Source of the DNA: a virus
IMG/VR virus record: IMGVR_UViG_3300031949_000025
Span: 3,503 to 67,502 of that record
DNA length: 64,000 bases
Direction: 5' to 3' (one strand)
Numbering within the stretch: position 1 is the stretch's first letter; every line of letters begins with the position of its first letter. The notes beneath the pieces were generated by a model. The model ran no database searches. It was not told where the DNA came from and saw only the letters and a program-made list of their open reading frames with translations. A program made the translations under genes and the position numbers. Below are positions 27,803-35,273 of the stretch, one piece after another.

Positions 27803-27943
27803 TTAATCCTCACTGGGCAACACACAGAGGAACGCGGACACAAGGGCCGCTACTAGCGCCCCAATAGGCTGGTCTAAACGGGTGAACAAGGCCAACCAAA
27901 ACAATGATGTAGTCAGACCGGCAAATCGGAACAGAGTAATCAT
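27803..27943 (-). CDS. small membrane protein (46 aa)
   Basis: Below the track cutoff. Hydrophobic LFWLALF...LVAALVSAFLCVL, with AGGATTAAGG upstream. Confidence 0.35.
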   Translation of the reverse strand: MITLFRFAGLTTSLFWLALFTRLDQPIGALVAALVSAFLCVLPSED

Positions 27944-27970
27944 GGACACGCCTTAATCCTAGCGGTTATC

Positions 27971-28129
27971 TTAGGCATACCACTTCGGCACGTTGTGGAA
28001 GGCCTCGGTTATCTCCGGACAGTCGATACACTCCAATAAGGCGGCGTCCGCCTCTTGGTGCGCCCCATCCTCATAGCCGTTTGCGAGACTACGGAGTATT
28101 ACCAGACACTTCTCTTGAGCGTGGGGCAT
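27971..28129 (-). CDS. hypothetical protein (52 aa)
   Basis: Below the track cutoff. The ATG lies 2 nt after the upstream stop. Confidence 0.35.
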   Translation of the reverse strand: MPHAQEKCLVILRSLANGYEDGAHQEADAALLECIDCPEITEAFHNVPKWYA

Positions 28130-28131
28130 GC

Positions 28132-28317
28132 CTAAGCCTCCGGCCAATTATCTAGCACTATCTGGCTAACGCCATATTCATAACCGCCCGCCTTTAGGTT
28201 GGCTACCCTCTGCTCTAGGTTGGCGCGGTCGATCACAAAAGGGTTGCCATTATCTAAGGATGCCACCCACCGATTGCCCATCTGCTGGTATCCCAAAAAA
28301 GAAAGCCGCTCCATCAC
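28132..28317 (-). CDS. hypothetical protein
   Basis: 61-aa ORF overlapping the upstream gene by 4 nt. Confidence 0.55.
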   Translation of the reverse strand: MMERLSFLGYQQMGNRWVASLDNGNPFVIDRANLEQRVANLKAGGYEYGVSQIVLDNWPEA

Positions 28318-28757
28318 ACCCTCACCGGCGGACCCGATGGCGGCATGTTGTGTTCAGTAGTCCCCAACGTCTCTCCGATGTTTCGCATGGTGAGACTTCC
28401 AAACCAGACCGGCGTATCCTTGGCGTCCTTGCTGACATGGCTCAGAGACCCTGCGACCCGCTGGAGCTTAAGCAGGTTGGGGATGTCACCGGGGCGGGGA
28501 GTCCGCTTGATGAACTCGATAACGTGCGGCCAGCCGGCGGACTGAGGGCTGGAGGGTATCACATCGGGGTTAACATATTCACCCGAAGGCGTGACATCGG
28601 GTTCGACATTTAGTGCGGCGGGTTCGACAAGTTCAAGTGTTTCGCCATCTTCTGTCACGCCTTTTGTCGAACCCTGGCGCTGCCTTCGTCGGTATTCCCT
28701 GTCAACTTCCTTCTTTTCCTTATCCTTGTAGGCCATCTTATTCCCCTTCCAATCCAT
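28314..28757 (-). CDS. hypothetical protein
   Basis: 147-aa ORF with a basic N-terminus. Confidence 0.6.
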   Translation of the reverse strand: MDWKGNKMAYKDKEKKEVDREYRRRQRQGSTKGVTEDGETLELVEPAALNVEPDVTPSGEYVNPDVIPSSPQSAGWPHVIEFIKRTPRPGDIPNLLKLQRVAGSLSHVSKDAKDTPVWFGSLTMRNIGETLGTTEHNMPPSGPPVRV

Positions 28758-29013
28758 CCATCCAAGTAAGGTCCGGAGCCGGTGCAGGCTCCAGCTGCGC
28801 CAGGATCGCCATTAGCTCGTCGTGGTGGGCCACCCCGTAGGCAGTCGGCAGCGCCAGCTTGACGCACTGGTAGATTAGCCCAATCTCTCGGTCGGCTACC
28901 ATTACCTCATTGTAGTTGGCCCTACTCTGGGCCAAAACACCCCCCATGTCGATGGGGCCAGTCCTAGACCCCCCAGGCCCCACATAGAACGCTCCGCCAG
29001 CACCTATCCCCAT
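28738..29013 (-). CDS. hypothetical protein
   Basis: 91 aa with GGGGGAG RBS. A GTCCAGACAA box lies just upstream. Confidence 0.6.
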   Translation of the reverse strand: MGIGAGGAFYVGPGGSRTGPIDMGGVLAQSRANYNEVMVADREIGLIYQCVKLALPTAYGVAHHDELMAILAQLEPAPAPDLTWMDGLEGE

Positions 29014-29028
29014 TTTCTCCCCCTTCTG

Positions 29029-29043
29029 TCCAGTTGTCTGGAC
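29029..29043 (-). promoter_or_regulatory. GTCCAGACAA box (GTCCAGACAACTGGA)
   Basis: 15 nt before the RBS/start of 28738..29013. One of six full copies. Confidence 0.5.
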
Positions 29044-29045
29044 AT

Positions 29046-29174
29046 TTAATTGTCAATCCCGTTAGTCAGGATGTATCTCTGCCAGTTTTTTCTCAAGGGC
29101 CTCAGCAGAACTAGCGCTATGCCCACCGGGGCCAGGATTACGGCGATTAGTGCGTAGCTAGTAGATAGTTTCAT
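29046..29174 (-). CDS. small membrane protein (42 aa)
   Basis: Internal ATG 29174 of the track ORF, directly downstream of the promoter. Hydrophobic ALIAVILAPVGIALVLL. Confidence 0.4.
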   Translation of the reverse strand: MKLSTSYALIAVILAPVGIALVLLRPLRKNWQRYILTNGIDN

Positions 29175-29187
29175 AACCCCACACTTT

Positions 29188-29216
29188 ATAATAGCACACC
29201 CGTGCGGGTTTGTCAA
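29188..29216 (-). promoter_or_regulatory. sigma70-type promoter with extended -10
   Basis: Minus strand reads TTGACA (29216-29211), 17 nt, TGcTATTAT (-10 at 29193-29188). Confidence 0.6.
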
Positions 29217-29301
29217 CTGGTTGGGTTTACTTGATACACGACGTATCAAGGTGTGTGAGTCGGTTGCACATACCCCCGGGGGGTATATTGCTCTTTTTCG
29301 A

Positions 29302-29400
29302 TGATGTAGGAAGATGATGCAAAATAATGATGCGACAATATGATGCAATAAAACCGCATCACTTTTCTGCACCACTTTCTTGCATCACTCCGTTGCAATC
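29302..29400. promoter_or_regulatory. array of eight 13-bp-phased TGATGC boxes (4 direct + 4 inverted)
   Basis: Direct boxes start at 29302, 29315, 29328 and 29341. Inverted GCATCA-type boxes start at 29356, 29369, 29382 and 29395. Confidence 0.5.
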
Positions 29401-29403
29401 AAG

Positions 29404-29865
29404 CTAAAGTGGCAAGAAGGGTTGCGCTGGCGTTCTGTTTCCACGCTTGGAATTGCATCGTCTATGTGCTACCTTAAGGTTGTGCGGCTCAGTTGGACCG
29501 TCAAAGGAGACGGGTATCAAGTGATCCATTGATAGGTTTTTTCTCTCTACCTTCTTACCGCATATCCAACAACGCCCCTTGTCTCTCTGGTAAATAGGTT
29601 CGGTATCTTGGTGGCGGCGGTCAGTGCGCCGCCACCTATCTATTTCTGCCCTCTCAGCAATCAGGCGCAAGACCATAGATGTGTCACCTTGAGCCCTACT
29701 CATGAGGTTTAGTCTGCGAGGTATTTCACATTCTATCATTCGGCTTCGCACTGTAGTAACGTGGCAACCCGCCAATGCGCCTATTTCTTTTAGTGTTAGA
29801 CCGTTCTCTTCATACTGCTGTCTCAGCCAAGCAGTATCCAACGTGACTTTTTCCTGTATACTCAT
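29404..29865 (-). CDS. HNH endonuclease with N-terminal helix-turn-helix
   Basis: CWICGKKV...MDHLIPVSFDGPTEPHNLKVAHRRCNSKRG. The N-terminus LTLKEIGALAGCHVTTVRSR looks like an HTH. Confidence 0.85.
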   Translation of the reverse strand: MSIQEKVTLDTAWLRQQYEENGLTLKEIGALAGCHVTTVRSRMIECEIPRRLNLMSRAQGDTSMVLRLIAERAEIDRWRRTDRRHQDTEPIYQRDKGRCWICGKKVERKNLSMDHLIPVSFDGPTEPHNLKVAHRRCNSKRGNRTPAQPFLPL

Positions 29866-29928
29866 CTAATTCTAGTATATCGTTTATCTTCTCAGTTCGC
29901 CAGTGGGGTTTACCCTACCCGACGAGTA

Positions 29929-29957
29929 GTAGTAATGCCCCATGTTTAGAGGGTCAA
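29929..29957 (-). promoter_or_regulatory. candidate leftward early promoter
   Basis: Minus strand reads TTGACC, 17 nt, TACTAC. Back to back with the rightward promoter. Confidence 0.4.
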
Positions 29958-29963
29958 CCCTAC

Positions 29964-29992
29964 TAGACAACTGGCCTGGCAACCTGTATGAT
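29964..29992 (+). promoter_or_regulatory. candidate rightward early promoter
   Basis: TAGACA (29964-29969), 17 nt, TATGAT (29987-29992). About 215 nt upstream of the first plus-strand gene. Confidence 0.45.
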
Positions 29993-30215
29993 GTGAGTGT
30001 CAAATAAATAAATCTGAACTGAGGAGCGCCAAACCGAAACACAGTCAGCCCTGGGGACGGCCAGATACAACCCCAACTGTAACCAAAACCCCGACCTGGA
30101 GCCACCTGCTAGCAGCAAGGCGTTTGAGGCAATAACAGGGGGCCAGTTAGAGGGTGGCTGGTGAGGTTAGAGACTCCTGGGGGCTTGTAAGCCTACACTG
30201 AACGGAGGAATCACA

Positions 30216-30392
30216 ATGCAAAATGTAGAGATGACCACCAACGGAAACGTCCTCACCATCACGGTAGACCTAAGTAAGCGGCTGGGCCGGTCTGCATCAG
30301 GGAAGACGCTCCTCATCGCCACGACCGGGGGCAACGTCAGCGCCCCCAACGATGAGGCGATCAAGGTCGGACTCAACATCTATACCAAGTAG
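30216..30392 (+). CDS. hypothetical small protein (58 aa)
   Basis: Below the track cutoff. GGAGGA lies 5 nt upstream of the ATG. Begins MQNVEMTTNGNVLTITVDL and contains GKTLLIATTGGN. Confidence 0.5.
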   Translation: MQNVEMTTNGNVLTITVDLSKRLGRSASGKTLLIATTGGNVSAPNDEAIKVGLNIYTK

Positions 30393-30434
30393 GGGCCTAC
30401 CGGCCCCCAGGAGTAGCTAACAGAAAGGGGAAAC

Positions 30435-30905
30435 ATGACTACACAAACTAGCTGGCCTGAACTGGTGGCAATCACTACCGATAGCACGTGTGGGGCGGCC
30501 TGTTGGATGGCGCTGGAGGATGTTTGTCGGTGCTCATGCGGCGGACGTAACCACGGCGTGTTACGGTCTGGTGCCGCCACGCAACCCACCCGAACTCGGA
30601 AGCTCGACGGCCACGTATACGAGCTATTGGCAGTCGAGGCCCCAAACGGGACATGCCGGGCGGAGACTACCCAACCTATCCGGGACCTCGAAAACAGAAT
30701 AGATAGGGCGGCTGTCAATGCCGGGGCCTGGCACTACTACGACTTCTCCACTCCAGGCTGTCCAGTCAAGGTCAAGACGGCCAGCGAATCAGAGGTAGCC
30801 CGCTGGCCCGAGCTAGCAAGCTGGCGCAAGGGCGGCGGTGGCTGGTATCCGTGGCGGCCCATAGTCGCCTGGATACGGGCTGACCTCAAACATCTAGCGG
30901 AATAG
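30435..30905 (+). CDS. hypothetical Cys-rich protein
   Basis: 156 aa with AAAGGGGA RBS and CGAACW...CRCSCGG. Confidence 0.65.
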   Translation: MTTQTSWPELVAITTDSTCGAACWMALEDVCRCSCGGRNHGVLRSGAATQPTRTRKLDGHVYELLAVEAPNGTCRAETTQPIRDLENRIDRAAVNAGAWHYYDFSTPGCPVKVKTASESEVARWPELASWRKGGGGWYPWRPIVAWIRADLKHLAE

Positions 30906-30919
30906 TCCAGACAACTGAA
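30905..30919 (+). promoter_or_regulatory. GTCCAGACAA box (GTCCAGACAACTGAA)
   Basis: 18 nt before GTG 30938. Shares an upstream CTAGCGGA(A/G)TA with the copy at 43775. Confidence 0.5.
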
Positions 30920-30937
30920 CAGAGAAAGGATAGGACG

Positions 30938-31162
30938 GTGGATCGCGAACAGTATCTTGAAACCTGGCACACTATCAAAGCGGCAGCCCTGGACGGGCTC
31001 GACGTGGCGGGCTTTGCCTTAGTCGCCATAGACACCAACGGGCAAGCCTACTGGGGCGCGAATTTTAGCCTAGACAAGACCGTGCGCCGAGACATTGCCA
31101 ACTACCTGAACGTCCTGCAAACCGACCTCCGCAGGACCAACAAGACACTCGAAGGGGAATAA
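30938..31162 (+). CDS. hypothetical protein
   Basis: 74 aa with a GTG start. Confidence 0.55.
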   Translation: MDREQYLETWHTIKAAALDGLDVAGFALVAIDTNGQAYWGANFSLDKTVRRDIANYLNVLQTDLRRTNKTLEGE

Positions 31163-31163
31163 A

Positions 31164-31298
31164 ATGAGCAAGAGCGAACAACGAAAGGCATATTTGCGGG
31201 GCCGCTTAGATGTGATGCGGGGCCGGGGCCTATACTACAGTGGGCGGTTTACCCCTGATTATCTGCGGGGTGCTCACGAGGCCAAGAAAAACGCCTAA
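31164..31298 (+). CDS. hypothetical basic protein (44 aa)
   Basis: Below the track cutoff. The ATG lies 1 nt after the upstream TAA. Confidence 0.35.
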   Translation: MSKSEQRKAYLRGRLDVMRGRGLYYSGRFTPDYLRGAHEAKKNA

Positions 31299-31363
31299 CC
31301 TTTCGACCCTGCCCTAGTGACAGCGGGCAGGAATGGGAAGATTAAGCGGAAAGGGGAACGGAA

Positions 31364-31546
31364 ATGAAACACAACACCGAGTATCGACTACCCCTAACAC
31401 CGGACAAGGTCGCCCAATCCCCGGAGTTCACAGCATGGCTGGAGAGAGAGCGCTCACACGGTCGCCATACAACCAGCGATCTGAAAACTCAGGTTAGAGG
31501 ATTTCAGCATTCGTGGGATGGATTTTGCTACGCCGAGAGGCTATGA
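31364..31546 (+). CDS. hypothetical protein
   Basis: 60 aa with AAAGGGGAACGGAA RBS. Confidence 0.55.
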   Translation: MKHNTEYRLPLTPDKVAQSPEFTAWLERERSHGRHTTSDLKTQVRGFQHSWDGFCYAERL

Positions 31547-31656
31547 CGATGACCCTCCGTGAATCGCTGCCGGGCTTCTGGGCCATATTCGGGAAACCCC
31601 TGGTATTCGGGATTACGTTGGCGATGGCCCACGCTATCGCTAAGCTAGGAGGATGA
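31543..31656 (+). CDS. small membrane protein (37 aa)
   Basis: ATGA overlap with the upstream gene. Hydrophobic FWAIFGKPLVFGITLAMAHAI. Confidence 0.35.
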   Translation: MTMTLRESLPGFWAIFGKPLVFGITLAMAHAIAKLGG

Positions 31657-31657
31657 G

Positions 31658-31885
31658 ATGACCATATCGTCTAACTGGGGTGATGCACTGAGGCGACTCT
31701 ATGCCATTGACCAACAATGGGTCAAAGACCGGGCAAAAATAAAACGTCAATACAAGGGCAACCCAAAGGGGTTCGCTTTGGCTTGCGTCCCCCTTGACGC
31801 CAAGTGGCAAGAAGACCAAGCCCCACTATATGTCGAGATAGAAGGCTATCGCCAAGCAGAAATGGATAATCTTCTAGGAGAATGA
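31658..31885 (+). CDS. hypothetical protein
   Basis: 75 aa with GGAGGA RBS. Confidence 0.6.
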   Translation: MTISSNWGDALRRLYAIDQQWVKDRAKIKRQYKGNPKGFALACVPLDAKWQEDQAPLYVEIEGYRQAEMDNLLGE

Positions 31886-32103
31886 AAATGGCAACCCTAT
31901 CGGCTACATTCGTTCAAGCCCTAGCACGGAGCAATCCCGACCGTCTAGCGAGAACGTTTCACGCTAGTTTGGTCGGGTCATATCGCACCCTGACAATCGA
32001 GAGGGTAAGGGATGCCATAGATCACTGGCTGGCCGGACAGAAGGCCGAGGGCATCATAGAGATGTTTGTCTTCGGCTGGCTTGACGACGGCGTAGACGAC
32101 TAA
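31882..32103 (+). CDS. hypothetical protein
   Basis: 73 aa with an ATGA overlap. ATG 31888 is an alternative start. Confidence 0.55.
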   Translation: MKMATLSATFVQALARSNPDRLARTFHASLVGSYRTLTIERVRDAIDHWLAGQKAEGIIEMFVFGWLDDGVDD

Positions 32104-32115
32104 AAGGAGGATGAG

Positions 32116-32313
32116 ATGAAAGACAAGCACGGACACGAAACAGCAGTATTCGTCAACCCTCTGCGGGAAGAGTTCCTGCGCTACTGCTTGGCCGAAGCCA
32201 GGGACGCCGAAGAGAGGGCCATGGCCTACCGCGACGCTCTCGAATGGCCCGAACACCTGCTAGAACCAGTGGTGGAAGGTATGCGGGTTCTGCCGTGGTG
32301 GAACAAGCCATGA
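32116..32313 (+). CDS. hypothetical protein
   Basis: 65 aa with AAGGAGGA RBS. Confidence 0.6.
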   Translation: MKDKHGHETAVFVNPLREEFLRYCLAEARDAEERAMAYRDALEWPEHLLEPVVEGMRVLPWWNKP

Positions 32314-32588
32314 CCACCTGCACCGAATGCAAGACAACCCTCTCCGGCCACTGGCACACGACCAGCTTCCCCGTCGAAACCTTGTGCTGCCCGTGCGCTA
32401 AGGCGGCGGGGTATCTCAAAGACGGATGCAGCCAAGACCCCCTTCCCGTCGTGGCCCAGGTTGGGCTCCCTGGTGTCGGACCTAACCACGCTCAGGCCGA
32501 GATGCTGCTGAGAGGCGGCGGGCACCTACCCAAAATGACATCGCCCAGGCGGGCACCAAAAGACCAGCTCAGAATGGAGATGGCATGA
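32310..32588 (+). CDS. zinc-binding-like protein
   Basis: ATGA-coupled start at 32310, inside the longer track ORF. Contains CTEC...CCPC. Confidence 0.55.
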   Translation: MTTCTECKTTLSGHWHTTSFPVETLCCPCAKAAGYLKDGCSQDPLPVVAQVGLPGVGPNHAQAEMLLRGGGHLPKMTSPRRAPKDQLRMEMA

Positions 32589-32770
32589 CCATCGACGAAG
32601 CCGCAGACGCAATCATGCTGCTGTTCCCGGAGGGAATGAGCGAAGGCCGGGCGAGGGCTATCTTCACAATCATATACGCACTCGATACAGCGGCCTACCT
32701 CGAAGGGCGCAAGGACTTGGGCGAGGAACTAATGAAGGCGCTCGGCAAGAAAGTGGAGGCAACGGCATGA
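32585..32770 (+). CDS. hypothetical protein
   Basis: 61 aa with ATGA overlaps at both ends. Confidence 0.55.
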   Translation: MTIDEAADAIMLLFPEGMSEGRARAIFTIIYALDTAAYLEGRKDLGEELMKALGKKVEATA

Positions 32771-33015
32771 ACGACCCCATCACTATCAAACTGTCCGGCA
32801 TGGAATGTAGGGGGCGCAACGGCTGGTATAAGGGGCATACCGTGGACGTTTGGGCCTGCCCAGCCGCCGAGTACCGACCAGAGCCCGAGGTGGAGCTAGA
32901 CGTGCGGGGGACCAAGGGGGGCGGCAATATCATCGTCAACATAACCCCCGACGAAGCCCAGGAGATTGGCTGGGCGCTGATACTGGCGGCGGCGAAGGCG
33001 CGAGAAGTCAAGTGA
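32767..33015 (+). CDS. hypothetical protein, possibly extended by TGA readthrough to 33135
   Basis: 82-aa ORF. A CPEC...CPNC zinc ribbon follows in the same frame, directly after the TGA. Confidence 0.6.
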   Translation: MNDPITIKLSGMECRGRNGWYKGHTVDVWACPAAEYRPEPEVELDVRGTKGGGNIIVNITPDEAQEIGWALILAAAKAREVK

Positions 33016-33086
33016 ACATGCCCAGAGTGCGGGGCGGCTCTGCAAGCCCGCATCGATCTATTCTGCCCGAACTGCTGGCGCGAGGC

Positions 33087-33101
33087 GTCCAGACAACCGG
33101 A
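33087..33101 (+). promoter_or_regulatory. GTCCAGACAA box (GTCCAGACAACCGGA)
   Basis: 17 nt before ATG 33119, followed by a GAGGAGG RBS. Confidence 0.5.
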
Positions 33102-33118
33102 CAAAGAGGAGGCGCACA

Positions 33119-33490
33119 ATGAGGTCGGACCCTGACTACACCCCTCATTACGAAGATGCTTACTCCGGCGAACGATTCCGCTCCGCCGAAGACCTCCTGC
33201 GAAACATCCAGGCATGGAGCACCCCTGGCAAGTTTGCCGCTGACCTGAATATGCCGGTCTGGATAAACTTTCAAGAGGCGGATGAGGAATACCCCTCTCG
33301 GCTGTCAGTGGGAGTCCTTTTGCCCCGCAAGGGGCGCTGCAACATCAAATACGTCGAGGGCGTAACCACGGAAGATACAGCCCCCATCCGATCTCTGCTC
33401 CTGCAATACTGGGCATGGAGGGCCGAGACGGGGTTCGAGCGGTATCTTCCGTGGAAAACCACAGAAACAGAAGATGAGGCGCAACCGTGA
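33119..33490 (+). CDS. hypothetical protein
   Basis: 123-aa ORF with a strong RBS. Confidence 0.65.
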   Translation: MRSDPDYTPHYEDAYSGERFRSAEDLLRNIQAWSTPGKFAADLNMPVWINFQEADEEYPSRLSVGVLLPRKGRCNIKYVEGVTTEDTAPIRSLLLQYWAWRAETGFERYLPWKTTETEDEAQP

Positions 33491-33927
33491 ACAACAACAT
33501 CCACCTTTGCGATGCCGGAGACAACCTATTCTCCGTCTGGCATCTACACCCCGGCGAGACTCAGTGCCTTGGCTACGCCAGGCGGGGCCAGGTTGATAGC
33601 CTGGTCGAGCGACACCTGAAAGGAGAGACTACCATGACGCAACCACTAGACCGTGACAAGGCGGACAACCAAAGACATGCCTCTTGGCTTCGGGGCTACC
33701 TGGCTGGACTCCGGGACTGCGCTCTCTTGATAAACGAGCCAACGCAGAGTGAGGCCCAGGATATACGGGACGCCATCGATGCCGCCCTCCTCGCTACGGC
33801 CAAAGCCGAAGGCAACAACCTACTTTGCACTGGCTGTGGACAGCGCAGCTACTCGGCGGCGGATGTCGCCAACCTGGACAACAAAAACTGCGAATGCGGC
33901 GCACCTCTGGTCAACGTGCGGCCATGA
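33487..33927 (+). CDS. hypothetical protein with C-terminal CxxC...CxC cluster
   Basis: 146 aa with a GTGA-coupled GTG start and CTGCG...CECG. Confidence 0.6.
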   Translation: MNNNIHLCDAGDNLFSVWHLHPGETQCLGYARRGQVDSLVERHLKGETTMTQPLDRDKADNQRHASWLRGYLAGLRDCALLINEPTQSEAQDIRDAIDAALLATAKAEGNNLLCTGCGQRSYSAADVANLDNKNCECGAPLVNVRP

Positions 33928-34022
33928 AAATGTCCCACTGCGATAGGTGTGGGGCCAAACTGGTTCCTATGCGGGACACTGTAGACGTGGACGGTTGGCC
34001 CGTTAAGCTCGTTAAGGGCTGA
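33924..34022 (+). CDS. half zinc ribbon (32 aa) ending at an in-frame TGA; second knuckle follows the stop
   Basis: ATGA-coupled start. CDRC lies before TGA 34020-34022 and VCPNCGKVF lies after it. Confidence 0.45.
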   Translation: MKMSHCDRCGAKLVPMRDTVDVDGWPVKLVKG

Positions 34023-34133
34023 GTTTGTCCCAACTGTGGCAAGGTCTTTGTCACAGAAGAGAAAGGGGATAGGATAGGCCATGACCGCCCCGCTATTCGC
34101 CCTGCTGGTGATCTGGGTCATCATGGTAGCAAG

Positions 34134-34418
34134 ATGGGAGGACCGGAGATGAGCCGGGATTACGATACTACGATGCGCCGGAAATTTGACGCCATAGCTA
34201 AGAGAGAAGCCCGAGCTCTCCTGGAGCGCAAGGCGGCGGCGCTTGACCAAGCACAAGAGGTCATCAAAAAGGCGGTCGATTTATTACGGGGGTTCACTTG
34301 GTGCCCCCATTGTGGATACTCCGATGATGCTGGTGCCGATCCAATGGTGCACACCGAAAGCTGCTTTTGGCCCGAACTAGAAAAGATGTTGGCGCTAATG
34401 AAAGAGGCCCAGCGATGA
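34134..34418 (+). CDS. hypothetical protein
   Basis: 94 aa (alternative ATG at 34149) with WCPHCG. Same frame as 33924..34022. Confidence 0.6.
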   Translation: MGGPEMSRDYDTTMRRKFDAIAKREARALLERKAAALDQAQEVIKKAVDLLRGFTWCPHCGYSDDAGADPMVHTESCFWPELEKMLALMKEAQR

Positions 34419-34609
34419 AGTTTGCACAGCGCCCAATGACACATGATGGGTATGCCCTAGTCTGCAATGGATGCTCTGAAGATGCGGCCATCGCACATAC
34501 CCAAGTAGAGGCCATCTATAAAGCGCACGAAGAGGGGTGGCTTACCATCTGGGATCATGGCGATATGTGGGCCTACTGCCCTACTTGCCGCAAGGCGGTG
34601 GAGAAATGA
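34415..34609 (+). CDS. hypothetical Cys-containing protein
   Basis: ATGA-coupled start at 34415. Contains CNGC...CPTC. Confidence 0.6.
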   Translation: MKFAQRPMTHDGYALVCNGCSEDAAIAHTQVEAIYKAHEEGWLTIWDHGDMWAYCPTCRKAVEK

Positions 34610-34827
34610 GTTACAACTTTGTGATGACTGACCGCTACTTCGATGTGGTAGGTATCAACCTGGCAACCAAGCAAGTCAGGCTCATGGACACTCACAAAAC
34701 CCTCAAAAACGCCAACGCCATCATGGAGATGGCCGTCATTCGTCGGGGAGTAGAAGGGGAGTTCTTTGCCGTGGTTCCAGAGGGACTTTACGCAGAGGGC
34801 GACCTTTGGAAAGGCGGCGCGGTATGA
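34606..34827 (+). CDS. hypothetical protein
   Basis: ATGA-coupled start at 34606; 73 aa. Confidence 0.6.
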   Translation: MSYNFVMTDRYFDVVGINLATKQVRLMDTHKTLKNANAIMEMAVIRRGVEGEFFAVVPEGLYAEGDLWKGGAV

Positions 34828-35207
34828 ATGTCCAGACAACCGGACGCTGCCACCGTTGCGGCGGATATATGTTCTTCCCCGATGAGCAAGGAGAACCCCG
34901 CTGCCATACGTGCGGGGCTTATCCACCTATCGAGACGCTGCCACGGGCAGAAGTGGCGTTCGAGGCTATCCGCCCTGGCAAGGACACCGGTTGCCCCGCC
35001 GGTGGGCCATCATGCCAACGCTGCCAATACGCCGACGACCACTGTATCGAGGAAGAGTACCAGCGCATTCAGTCGTTCGGTATCTGCGAGTTCTGCGGGG
35101 CCGCCTACGCCAAGACCGACCCCAAGCAGCGATCCTGCTCCCGCCCTGAATGCAAGCGGGCGCTTAAGGCTCTAGCCAACTTAAAACGGCAACAACTGGC
35201 CCAGTAG
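34824..35207 (+). CDS. multi-zinc-ribbon protein
   Basis: ATGA-coupled start. Contains CHRCGG...CHTCG, CQRC and CEFCG...C..PEC. Confidence 0.65.
   Translation: MNVQTTGRCHRCGGYMFFPDEQGEPRCHTCGAYPPIETLPRAEVAFEAIRPGKDTGCPAGGPSCQRCQYADDHCIEEEYQRIQSFGICEFCGAAYAKTDPKQRSCSRPECKRALKALANLKRQQLAQ
34830..34844 (+). promoter_or_regulatory. GTCCAGACAA box (GTCCAGACAACCGGA) inside the first codons of 34824..35207
   Basis: Exact 10-mer core. Here it falls in coding sequence, right after the start codon. Confidence 0.35.
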
Positions 35208-35217
35208 GACGAGGGGG

Positions 35218-35246
35218 TTGACAGCAAGAAACTAAAGGCGTATACT
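35218..35246 (+). promoter_or_regulatory. sigma70-type promoter
   Basis: TTGACA (35218-35223), 17 nt, TATACT (35241-35246). Confidence 0.6.
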
Positions 35247-35273
35247 ACAACAAGAAACTGAAAGGAGTTGACC

